Assembly (NCBI GenBank): GCA_024679065.1
Contig: JAGIQG010000018.1
Location: 40,734,001-40,798,000 of the forward strand
Length of the DNA stretch: 64,000 bases
Origin: Sphyrna mokarran
Taxonomy: Eukaryota
Reading direction: 5' to 3'
The notes under the pieces were generated by a model that saw nothing but the letters and a program-made list of their open reading frames with translations, was not told the origin of the DNA and did no database searches. Numbering within the stretch: the first letter of the stretch is position 1; every line of letters starts with the position of its first letter. Shown piece by piece: positions 1 through 11,109 of this stretch. The position numbers were made by a program, and so were the translations under genes.

Positions 1-1250
1 GTTAAATGAGAGGCTGCGGGATTGATTGGCCTGCAGACTAAATAACTAAGTGATACAGAGAAAGTTGCTGGCAGAAACTGAGTGTTATTTAAAAAAGGCA
101 CTGAAAACCATTAGGAATGAAGTGCATTGAAAAGAGTGTCCAGGAACTTCATAGTGTGCAAAATGGAGTATCCACCAGTTAGGGTGCAAAACCGCAGACA
201 TTAATGGCACCAGAAGTGAAGACATTAGTTTAAACATGAGCAGCATGGCCTCACAGCTCCAAGGAGCTGAGTTTGATTCCCAGCTTGAGTAACTGTCTCT
301 GCGGAGTCCGCACATTCTCCCCATGTCAGCATGGGTTTCCTCCGACAGTCCAAAAGACATGCTGATTAAGTGCATAGGCCATGTTAAACCCTCCCGTAAT
401 GTACCCGAACAAGTGCTGGAATATGACAACTAGAGGATTTTCACAGTAACCTCATTGCAGTGTTAATGTAAGCCTACTTGTGATACTAATAAATAAACTT
501 GAAACTTAAAACTGGAGAACAGATACCAAAGCTGGTAGAGTTAAGATATTCGAGAGGGTGAATCAACTGTGTGGGATCAGAATGCGGTGTTATGGGTCTA
601 GGAGAAACCATCTACCAGAATTCTGCAGATTCAGAGATGCAGAATGCTTCATGTTCCACTGTAAGGACCATTTGAGGCAAAGATGAAAGAATAAGCAGAG
701 CCTGTCTATAGGAATAGAGTGAACAGAAAGCAGCAGTAGATAGCTTTGAAGATTTTCCTGCGAGTGATTGGAATGTTCTTCAGATAAATAGTGTGAAAGT
801 GAACAATGTAGCCTTTGTTACAGTCATGTTGGTCAATGTTAGATCATTAAGAATTGAAATAGATATGGGAGTGTCTGCTGTCATAGTAAGGAAGCAGACC
901 TACTGGTATCTTTGAGAAGGTTGAAAACCACCTCGACAAGATTGGCTACCTACAGAGGGGAAGTCATTGAGATAGTGGGGATGGGATGACTGAAATACCC
1001 ATTAGCTATAGGCTGCAACCAGGTACCACAATCAATAATTGTGGTATCTGGTCAAAGATTAAATTTGATGGGTCATGGGAGACTGCAAGAAATTAAACTT
1101 AAATGGCTGGAAATGTTCAATATTAAAGAAGGAAGACTGCATGAAGTAATCAGGAAATATCAGCACGTCTTTCAGTATGAACTTGAGAAAATCAAAGACA
1201 TGAAGGCTGAAATTCACATTGATCCAGAAGCCATCCCAACAATGAATAGT
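1..1250 (+). mobile_element. Degenerate Gypsy/Ty3 LTR-retrotransposon gag-protease relic, interrupted by a SINE
   Basis: Broken frames give gag-like LNERLRD*LACRLNN*VIQRKLLAETE (start of window), a CCHC-like CYGSRRNHLPEFCRFRDAEC (~585-650), a protease-like VMLVNVRSLRIEIDMGVSAV (D[T/M]G motif, ~825-885) and post-protease linker NLMGHGRLQEIKLKW...KYQHVFQYELEKIKDMKAEIHIDPEA (ORF 1041-1268). Confidence 0.75.
240..510 (+). mobile_element. tRNA-derived V-SINE (shark HE1-like)
   Basis: Central domain 'gcacattctccccatgtcagcatgggtttcctcc' and tail 'ggattttcacagtaac...gcagtgttaatgtaagcctacttgtgatactaataaataaac', shared with copies at ~5615, ~16620, ~49785 and ~57423. Confidence 0.8.
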
Positions 1251-1329
1251 ATTCTGACTGGAACATAGGAAGTTGAGGAATTGGTATCAGAAGAGACACC
1301 AAGGCTGCAATTCTCCCATCCTGCTGCAC

Positions 1330-2115
1330 TAAATTTTTAGAAAGGCCATTTAAACAGTCATTTAAATATAATAGTGGGGCTGGGATGGAAGTCTCTGGGC
1401 CTCCGGGCTATCATCTCCCATCCAGCCAGAGCGGTTCACTCCAGCAGGGATTACACTAGCTTTTGGGAGCTAGAGACCCATCCCACTAGAGTGAAGGGGA
1501 GACAGTCAGGGCTCACTAGAGGGTTGGGCAGTGGGGGGATGCCCTTGGGCACTATCCAAAGGGCAAAGTGCCAATGCTTAGAGAGTATCTTGGCAGTGTC
1601 AAGGGAGTGCAGCGAGGTCTGATAGGGCAATCAGTGGGGGTGGGGAGGGAAGCCAGCGATCAAGATGAGCTGGAGGGTCAGGTAGGGGTTGTGGTCAGCC
1701 TGCTGGGGGATCACTATTATTGGGGTGGGGAATATTGGGGAGGGGGGGCTGGAGATCATGGTGATCTGGCAAGGGGAGGGGTGGAGGAATTGGAGGTTGG
1801 GGCTGGACCCAGGAGTAGTAAGGGATCCAGTGATCGGGCCTTTGGAGGGATAGAGTGTGTTGGGAGTTAGCATTGAGTGTCACAGGGCTAACCAGCAATC
1901 AGGAAGCCAGCAGCACGGGGCTACTGCACATGAACCGCTCAGCGCTGATAAATCAGACCCTGCCCATGAAATTTAAAGATATTCACTTTGGTGGCCTCAG
2001 CAGTGCACAAAATGTGGTAGATTCTTCTCTGAACACCCACTGAAAAAAAAGCATGAATTACTCCATTTTTCACCCAAATTTGACACTTAGAATATTTTTG
2101 GAAGAAATCTGCCCC
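1330..2115. repeat. G-rich non-autonomous interspersed element (unclassified)
   Basis: GC/G-rich island ending 'gaagaaatctgcccc'; similar architecture at 14520-15132, which ends 'gtaaaattgggcccc'. The ORFs here are low-complexity only. Confidence 0.4.
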
Positions 2116-3084
2116 AAGTGTGATAAGTCCTCCAAAAAGTTCCCAAACAGAGATACCCCACTCATTGTTGTTGTGCTGCTCTAGAAGTAAGTGAGAGCCA
2201 CCTGAGAGACTGAGTTTTTGAACAATTTTTAATCAATCTATCATTGTTGAAAATTATAGGAAACTATATACGTTAACTATTATAATATTTATTATTGTGG
2301 TGGAGGAATGAGGTGCCTGGCCCCTTTAAAAACTAATCTTCTGAAAGGATTACATGGCCTGGGCTGACCAATTCTGAATCGAGTTGGGGATTCACCCCAA
2401 TTTGTCCGGACTTGCCCCAGAGTTAGATCCTGGAGGCATGACCATAAGCATTGAATCTGCATTGCTCTGTATGCAGCTGTTACCATTAATAAACATTCTT
2501 TGTTCATTAATAACTGTTGGAGTCAAGTTACTACACAAACCATTAATGAGGAGCTTTAGAAATTCAGCCATATTGTCCAGAACTGATTGAGAAAGTTCAC
2601 CTGAATTTCCAATTATGTGGTGACAGACTGCAACATGGCAGTGCAAATATATACTGCCCCTATTGTGGTTGTTGATGTTTTTCATCATTGCTCAATATTT
2701 ATTTGGGAAGGGTCGAGAATGGGGAACAGTGGCAACCATTGGAGCTATGTTTTGTACAGTATTGATGCCAGTTATGGAGAGCATCAAGAATGATTCCATT
2801 ACAGATACCAGATGACATGACTTCCAAATAGCTTGAGGAACTTGTGTTACTGGCATATGATGTGGTTTCCTACAGTCGATCCACTGTGGATTGCAATTTC
2901 CAATGGAGATACTCCAGAATACTCATCATAATCAATGTCCCCAGTGCAACTAAACATAGATGCTTAAGAAATTCTATGGCTGCAACAAAATTGATGTTCA
3001 ATAATTGAAAGCGATTTCAGGTGTGAATATTGTTTTCTAAAATAAAAAAGAACTGAATTGGAAAAAAAATCTACTTATAGATAC

Positions 3085-3385
3085 TAAGAAGTAGGCTATT
3101 CGGCCCATTGAGTCTGCTCTACATTCAATGAGATCACAACTAAACTCCATTTTCCTGCTTTATCCCCATTATCTTTGATTCCCTTAATAATTAAAAATCC
3201 TTTTATGTCATCTTAAAAGACACTTTGCGACCCAGCCTGTACTGTCCTCTGCAGTAACGAATTCGACAAATTCACTATCTCCTAAGAGAAGGAATTCCTC
3301 CTTCTCTATGGGCAACTGTTTACTCTGAGGTTGTGTCCTCTGGTTCTACACTCTTCCAAAAGGGGAAATCACCTCTCAGGGTCTA
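3085..3385 (-). mobile_element. CR1 LINE 3' fragment
   Basis: Reverse-complement CR1 3' end 'gaagtaggctattcggcccattgagtctgct' with degenerate ORF2 C-terminus. Confidence 0.65.
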
Positions 3386-3769
3386 TGTTACAAAGACATT
3401 TGCTCCTTTTCAATATTTATGAAGACAAGTGCAAATTGCCATTCAAACAATTTTATAAGTTCACTTCTTTAATAGTGATTGGAACTAAAAAATTGATTAA
3501 TTTTCAAAATTTCTTTCATCAATTCTCTCAAAGGGATTTACATTGGTTTAGTTGATTTTGGCTTCATGCCAAAAATTTTTAAGTCAAACCAATCTCTGAC
3601 AGAGGTGCAATATAGGCAGTAGCAATAGAAAGAAATGTTGTGTGGTACATATAACAGTCAGGTATCTACTACCATCCATTTTATATATGTCAAAGTTGAA
3701 CCTCATCACCACTTGAATTTAAGAGATTGACTTAATCTGCATTAAAAAAAATCTGAAATTCAAAATCTA

Positions 3770-4020
3770 CTCACCGATGGCTATGAAACCATAGTTGATT
3801 GTCGGGAAAAATCTGTCTGTTTCACTAATTCCTTTAGGGAAAGAATTCTGCCGTCCTTACTCGGTCTCACCTATGTGTGACTCCAGAGCCACATAATATA
3901 GTTGGCTCTCTACTGCCCTCTGAAATGGCCTAACAAGTCATTCAGTTCAAGAGTTACTAGGGATGGGCAATAAATGCTGACCAAGCAATGATGGCCATGT
4001 CCCACAAACGAATTAAAAAA
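3770..4020 (+). mobile_element. Deu-domain-type SINE (SacSINE/AmnSINE-like)
   Basis: 'atgaaaccatagttgattgtcgggaaaaatctgtctgtttcactaattcctttagggaaagaattctgccgtccttac' recurs at ~21340 and ~57110; tail 'gggcaataaatgct'. Confidence 0.65.
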
Positions 4021-4959
4021 TATATATTTTGAAATTTCAGTTTGTACCCAAAAAGTTTTAATATTTATAGAAATCCAATATTATGATGCCCATCTCTCCA
4101 TGACATTTCTATCACAATACTATGAAACCAATATTTTACCTAATGCAGAATTTCCTGAAACTGCACCGTAACTGACATTCAAAGTCTATTGGAGCTAATT
4201 GGGTGCAAATTGGTTGCTGAGTTTCCTCTATCGTAATAGGGTTTGAACCTGAAAAATTAATTGGTTGTAATGTAACTTTAAGAGGGTGGTAGGTGGGATA
4301 TCATAAAAAATAATATATAAATTCAATTCTTTCTTGGTCACTATCTTTCCGACACATTGAGATACCAGAAGCGGAGGCCTCTTCCTCTTAATCCATAAAA
4401 TTTTATTGTGTGAAGAGTAGAAACAATTGCAAACATGTTCAACAAAGAAAATGTTATTTTGTGTTATTGTGTCCAATTTCCACACCACACTTAGGAAAAA
4501 CATCAAGGTCTTGTAGGGAGTGCAGAGATGATTTGCTAGTTTGGTACCAGTAATGGAAGATGTGAATTTTAAGAACCAGAGGTGAAATGAGCAAAAGGTT
4601 TAGACAACAGGTTGTGGTTGTGAAAACATCAATCACTGATTGATAACTTATCCATCAAGCTGCAGTACGCTTCAAGTCACAACACTTTAATGATGAGTCA
4701 GAGTATTAGCAGAGAAGGAAAGAAAGTGAAATGAATCCTGCATTCCGGATCCCATTAACTCATGGGATGTCCTGACCCATGTGTCCAGAGAAATGCAGGC
4801 TGAATATCAGTTTGTTGTGTCACATGAAAACAAGTCTTAACCATCATCAAACTGAGGGACAGCCGACACAGATCTCTAGTTTCTGAGCCAGAAGTTGTAA
4901 TTTCAAATCCCGTCACAGGTACTTCAATATAGAATGTTGATTGATAATTCAGTGTAACA

Positions 4960-5560
4960 ACAACTTGTATTTTTTATAAGGCCTTTAATATAATGAAATC
5001 TGCAAAGTGCTTCACAGCAGCATTATAAAATGAAGTATGACGCTGAGCCACATAAGAAGCTATTAGTCGGATGACCAAAATGGGTTTGTTATAAAGGAAA
5101 GTTTTGAGGAATATCTTCAGGAGGAAGGGAGAAACAAAGGTGTAGGGAGAGAATAGAGCTTTAGATGTAGCAATTTGAAGGCATGACCACCAATTGTGGA
5201 GCAATGGAAACAGATGTATAAGAAAACAAAATTAGAAGAGTGCAGATATACCAAAGGGGTATGTGGCTAGAGAAGATTACACAGGTGGGAGAGGTGAGGT
5301 CATATAAAAGGATTTGAAAACAAGGATGAGTATTTTAGAGTCAGTTCACTGCTTGGTCTGGAATCAATGTAGGCCAGAGGCTGCAGGAGTAATAGGGGAA
5401 TGGGAACTAGTGTCAGTTGAGATGTGAGGCAACAGTGTTTTGGATGACCAAGTTTATTGAGGTGCGGAGTGGAAGATCAGATAGGGACTGCACTGGAAAA
5501 ACTTGCAGCAGTCAAAGTCAGAGGTAACAAAGATATGAAGGAGTCACCTGAAGGTGAGCT
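4960..5560 (-). mobile_element. L2-like LINE 3' fragment
   Basis: Reverse L2-type tail 'caacaacttgtatttttataaggcctttaat...aaagtgcttcacag'; homologous to the + strand copy at 22370-23000. Confidence 0.6.
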
Positions 5561-5614
5561 ATGCTGGCAGGTGCTGCATTCATTATCTTATGCCTGCTTG
5601 TCTTTGTGGGATCT

Positions 5615-5845
5615 TGCTCAGTTCAATTTCTGGTTTTTGTGACTGTGCGGAATCTGCACATTCTCCCCATGTCTACATGGGTTTCCTCCTGATGCTCCTT
5701 TCAGTCTGAAAGACTTGCTGATTAGGTGGATTAGCCATTGTTAAGTTCTCCCTCAGGGTACTTGTATATGGCAACTAGGGGATTTTCACAATAACTTCAT
5801 TGCAGTGTTAATCTAAGCCTGCTTGTGACACTAATAAATAAATTT
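5615..5845 (+). mobile_element. V-SINE
   Basis: V-domain and the same tail as the 240-510 copy. Confidence 0.75.
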
Positions 5846-5849
5846 CAAA

Positions 5850-6470
5850 AGCTCATCAGAGGTCATCCTGAATTGAAACATTGGCTCTATTTTCTCTGTA
5901 CAGATGTTGTTAGACTCAGATTGGGGTGAATGTTTCCATCCTGCCAGCCATGCTAATCATAACCAGGGGGTGGGGGTGCAAGGACCATGTAGGATTTTCC
6001 AGTTTTGGGACGAGAAATCCCATCCAGAGATTTCCCAACATTTTCTGTTTTTGTTTCAGACTCCAGCATCCACAGTACTTTGCTTTTATCCTCAAAAGAA
6101 CTTGGCTGGAATTGTAAATGTACACTTTGGGGATGTGTAGATGGGCAAAAGGCACTTTACTAAAATAGAAAATGCTGGAAAATCTTGGCAGGTCTGACAG
6201 CATCTGCGAAAAGAGAATAGAGCCAATGTTTCGAGTCTGGATGACCCTTCGTCAGAGAGCTGTACGAAACCGAAGGGTTATTCAGACTTGAAGGGATGAA
6301 TTTTCCCGTCTTGCCTGCAATGGGAATCAGAGTGGGCAGGGGGCAGACCATCAAAAAGACCATTGATCTCGGGCGGGATTTTATAATTTCAGGACCAACG
6401 AGGCCAAAAAATCCCATCCAATTGATTTGTTCTCTCCCCACATATGCTGTCAGACCTACTTAGATTTCCC
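5850..6470. mobile_element. Cluster of Penelope-derived palindromic elements, each interrupted by a small MITE-like insert
   Basis: Arm 'aaaatgctggaaaatcttggcaggtctgacagcatctg' at ~6170 and counterpart arms 'cagatg...gagatttcccaacattttctg'; same family as 11864-12095 and 35903-36088. Confidence 0.6.
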
Positions 6471-6749
6471 TAGAGTAATCAGTACATGGTGGAACTTTAT
6501 GAACAAAAGTGACAGCAAAACATATTCCAATCAATATAATGTAAACTCATTTTCCCAGTTTACAGCAATAACACGATTTCAAAAGTACTTGATTGACTAT
6601 GAAACATTTTAGATACCCTGTAGTGGAAGATACTGAACAAATACCCGTCCCGACATTTCCGTTTTTGTTTCAGATTCCAGTACATGAGGTGTTTTGCTTT
6701 TATCCTCAAAAATACTTGGCTGGAATTGTAAATGTGGACTTTAGGGACA

Positions 6750-7185
6750 TCTGGGTGGGTGAGTGGAAGGCATTATAGAAATGTAGGCCTTTTTTGCTGT
6801 GTGAAGAGGGTGGCTGGGAAGACATTATAGAAATGCAGGTCTTCTTTGCTTTGTAAAGAGGGAAGCTGAGTGAGTGGAAAGGCACTATAGAAATGCAGGT
6901 CTTTTTGCTGTGTGGACAGGGAGTCAGGGGAGAAAAGGCACTATAGAAATGCAGGCTTTTTGGTGTAAATGAATCTGGGTGAGTGGAAAGGCACTATAGA
7001 AATGCAGGACTTTTTTGCTATGTGAAGAGGGAGCCTGGAAAGGCGCTATAGACATTCAGATCTTTTTGCTATGCGAAGAGGGAGTCCAGGTGAGTGGAAA
7101 GGCACTGTAGAAATGCACGTCTCTTTGCCGTGTGAACGGGGAGTCTGGGGAGAAAAAGGCACTATAGAAATGCAGGTCTTTTTTG
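6750..7185. repeat. Minisatellite, 8 copies of a ~52-59 bp unit
   Basis: Core 'ggcactatagaaatgcagg' (with variants) at ~6769, 6822, 6881, 6937, 6990, 7042, 7101 and 7158, mostly followed by a T-run plus 'gctgtgtgaagaggg'-like sequence. Confidence 0.9.
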
Positions 7186-7319
7186 ACGGAAAGGGGAGGT
7201 TTATTTACTCGAGGTGGTTACTTTTTTTTGCGCTGTCTTTTCTGTCTCTCTCTAGCTGTCCGTCCGTCTGTCTGATGTGGGGTTGAGGCCACACCTCTTG
7301 CCTATGTTTGTGTGTGTAG

Positions 7320-7455
7320 TGCCGCCACCGCCATGTTGTGGAGGGGCGGACTGCAGCAGCAGCTCGAGCGAGAGAACGCTCGGCCGTTAGCGGGGGAAAC
7401 GCCCAGAAGCTTCTAGGCGCCGGCGCCCGGGTGCGGCTGCGGAGCTGCCATGGAG
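7320..7455 (+). other. EPN2: Probable non-coding first exon of EPN2 (start approximate)
   Basis: Strong donor GAG|GTAAGA at 7455/7456 inside the CpG island. The TSS cannot be determined from sequence. Confidence 0.6.
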
Positions 7456-7589
7456 GTAAGAGCAATTGAACTGTGGCTAGAAAGAGAGAGGGAGAGGAGG
7501 AAAGGAAAAGAAAGGAAGGAGAGAAAGGCATAGTAGAACGTTTGAGGAGAAAAGGGGGGGATGACAAGGAAAGCCGGATCCTTCTCTCA

Positions 7590-7618
7590 CCCCCCCCTCC
7601 TCCTCCTCCTCCTCCTCT
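7590..7618. repeat. C-run plus (CCT)n microsatellite
   Basis: 'cccccccctcctcctcctcctcctcctct'. Confidence 0.9.
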
Positions 7619-9954
7619 AAAACAAAACCTCCTCCATGTCTTCTTCATCCAGCCAGGGGCGAGCGCAGGCTTCGACCAGCAGTCAGGCCCGCCCCGGCTT
7701 GAAATTTGTCCTTAAAATCTATCATTTGTTGGCGACCCTCTCTCAAGAGAGAGAAAATAAAATTTGCACCGATTGCAGGCTGGCTGAGGGTGGTTTAAAG
7801 GGATCGGATGATGTTGCCACTAGGTTTGTGTTGCTTACTAACTGTGCGGCATGCCACCCCCCCCCCCCCAAATCAGTGTATGTCAATGTGACTGAGGAGC
7901 TTTTTAAAATGATTTCAATAACAGACTTGCCGTCTCAAGTCATCGCTCCAGTCTACTTTGAGCTGTAAAACCCATCACCCTGCTTTAGTTACTTTCACAG
8001 GTTTATTATTCAAAAAGAAAACACGCCACTGTTTTAAAAAAATACAGAAGCGTGCATCAATTCGTGTAAATAAGTTTCTTTTCTTTTGCAATGTAGTCAT
8101 ATACCAGGCATAAAATTTTAAAAAATATAAGTATGGATATTGATCAACTTTCAGCTATATCTGTAAATCTCCCCTCCCCTTCTGTTTTACTAAATGTACT
8201 CAGGCATTTCTTTCTCCAGCTGATCTTTGGTTGATCATCACGGAAGCATTGATTTGTAGTCTTCATCCCAAAATGGATGGAATATGGGAATTTGTTCCCC
8301 CGAATCTTGGAATTTTCTATTTTTTAAAAAAGGGCTTACTGTAAACCAGTGATCTTAATATTTGTTTCATTTTGAACAAAGGAAGAATAGTTTACAGAGT
8401 TTGAATTGAGGCAAAAATATTTTTCAAGAAAGTTAAGATGAGGGTTATAATGGTGGATTAAAGTGAGAAGTGTGTTTACATTGCATTTTCAAAGACATGC
8501 ATTTGTTCAACATCTTTCACTGCAGGGTATTCTAAAACATTTCACAGTCAATCAAGTACTTTTGAAATCTTGTCATTGTAAATGGAAAAAAAAGTTAACA
8601 TCGTATTAATCGGAATATATTTTGTTGTACTTTTGTTCATAAAGTTCAACTTTAAGTTACTCAAGAATGATGATTCATATTTTAAATTGCGCAGCTACTT
8701 GTAGGTTGTGGTGAGTTAGGAAATTTGTGACATACAAGACAACTCAGGTTCTAAGAATTTATATGTAGGTTTGGACAGAAATATTTGCATCTTTCTATTG
8801 AGTAAATTCTTGTCTGTTCAGTCACGTTCTTATTCTGACACACCTTAAACAATAAGTAAGGTGTGTATTTCTATGTTCGTAAATGGAATTGGTCCAGATA
8901 GATGACGGCATAAATTATATAATTATTTTGAGTGTTTTGCTTACACTGGTTTTATTTAGTGGGAAGGGCGATGCTGCTAATACCTGCAGATTAAGAATAT
9001 TAAAAGCTATCAACTCTTATGTTTCTTAATTTTTTAAGTCTGATGGTTTTCATTCAAAACATTTGATTTTACTGGATGTAATGCATTTTTGAACTTGATG
9101 AATATGATCTGCTCTACTACTTTTTGGTGAGTATAAAAGACTTGTATAATAAGTGGAGTTAAGATCTATGTTTAAGTAAAATCATTACTTTGGAACTCAG
9201 TATCAGCAATGCAGCATTTTGTTTGATGTTTTAAATGCTCTTATGTGAGCTTTATCGGGTACAGCATTTGGCTGGTGGATGATAACCGTTAATAAGGATT
9301 AGCCTTTAGCTTGAAGTTAAATGTCACCAAGCAGTTGATTTGACTTTTATGACAAAAGTTACTGAGCAATTGTGATTTAAACCCAAAGATTCTATTACAT
9401 GTAATATTTATTTTAGATGAGATGTTGTATGTTCAAAGATATTCATTCAGGCTTCTTGGCCCTCCAGCGTCGGCTATATATGCTGTCTTTTAATTGCAGC
9501 TTTCACATCTTCTAATTAAGGGACACGCCTCTGACAATGCAGAGTGCTTTACCAAAGTGTTGATCTAGATTATGTACCCAAGTTTTGGATGACACTCAAA
9601 CCCAAAAGCTTCTGTCTCCAGATCTAGAATGCTATTAAGCTGGCACTCCCAAATGCACATTTTCCTGACCCATGGTGATAATGCTGAAAACTAACCAGTA
9701 GAAAGTAATATAACAGCCATACACTGGTACTTAATAATATAACCTTCGTCTCCTGTGGCTATCTGAATTGGTTGTAGTAGCATCCTTCCATTACTGGGCT
9801 TTCTTCTACAGCCTGTCACTTTGGGGATATATATTCATGTGTATTACATTAAAATATAAGGTATTAATCTTTTATCGTACACTTGTCAACATTTTACATC
9901 ATGAATTCCTTTATCTACATTTATCATAGAAATTGTCCATATAAACTTGTGTAG

Positions 9955-10585
9955 GGGGCAATACAGTGGTTAGCACTGTTGTCTCACAGCATTAGGGACC
10001 CATATTTGATTCTGGCCTTGAGCGACTGTTCAGCTGTGTGGAATTTGCACATTGTCAACAGGTCCAGGTAGCGAGCAATCCATCCTGACTATCTGCCCCT
10101 CTATCACGACTACATTCACGGCCAGGTGTCCCTAGAAAGGGAACATAAGGTGTTCACAGCAACAGTTGATGTCTTCAGTGCCTGCTGGGCATCACAGGGG
10201 CTGGGATGTATAAATAGACCCCGATAACCGTACCTTGATTTGATGTTTTAAATTTCCTTTCTACTTTGATTATTTGTTTGTTCGGATCCCTCTTCTTTTT
10301 ATTCCTTAGTTAATTTGATTTTGTATAATTGGTTGTATCTGAAAAGAAATGCCCATGTCTGCATGGGTTTCCTCAGGATGGTCTGGTTCCCTTCTACAGT
10401 CCAAAGATGTTCAAGTTAGGTTGATTGGCCATGCTGAACTGCTCCTTAGTGCCACAAAGATGTCTAGGTTAGGTGGGTTAGTAGGGTAAATACATGGGAT
10501 TTCAGGTAGGATGCACTGTCGGAGAAGAGTTGGTGCCGACTCGATGGGTCAAGTAATTTTCTTCTACATTGTAGGGATTCTATGA
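9955..10585 (+). mobile_element. V-SINE split by a ~300 bp insertion (~10052-10350)
   Basis: tRNA head 'cagtggttagcactgttgtctcacagc'; the V-domain is broken between 'gcacat' and 'cccatgtctgcatggg'; tail 'tgtagggattctatga'. Confidence 0.7.
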
Positions 10586-11109
10586 ACTTTAGTGAAATAT
10601 TTAAGCTGGATTGTCAAGAATTTATGACTGTGATATTTGTTACAATAATTAAGCATGCTTGCGGTGTATAGTTTTGTGATACTTTATAACAAATCTCAAG
10701 GGCTTAATATACAATGAATAATTTAAAGATTAACGTACGTGCTTTTGCAATTGTTAAGATCTTACAAGCATCGTTGAGGTGAATGGTCTGTTTTTGATAC
10801 TGTTTGGAACAAAATATTGGTCAAATATTCAATGAAGTTTCATAGGATTTTTGATGTGAATTACTGGATGATCAACAGCGAGAGAAATGTGCATTTATAT
10901 AATACCTCTAAAATAAATGTTGCAAGGCACTTCACAGGAACAATTGTTAGATAAAATTTGACACCAATACAGGCAGGCATTCTTTGTTTAACATCTATTG
11001 CATGGTACCCTCTTAATGTAAAATTTCCTCAGAATTGCATTGTACTTTCGTAATTCAGTAATTTCACATCAATAGGTATGAGTCTCAGCAATCAAGTCAA
11101 GCTGATATA

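Larger units (their letters stand above)
7250..7720 (+). promoter_or_regulatory. EPN2: CpG island / probable EPN2 promoter
   Basis: The only CpG-dense non-repeat stretch in the window. GC boxes 'ggggcgg' (~7343) and 'cccgcccc' (~7688); YY1-like 'cgccatgtt' (~7330); lies upstream of the first coding exon on the same strand. Confidence 0.75.

Noticed and set aside
2300-3010. Possible decayed DNA-transposase fragment (weak HH..W-like motif near 2900-2970)
   Set aside because: Similarity needs several frameshifts and no termini were found; cannot be supported without BLASTX.
6750-7185. Repeat array superficially like CRISPR
   Set aside because: The inter-core segments are homologous to each other rather than unique spacers, there are no cas genes, and the context is vertebrate.
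7205-7968. ORFs of 147, 80 and 110 aa over the CpG island
   Set aside because: Low-complexity translations of GC-rich and microsatellite sequence with no recognisable domain.
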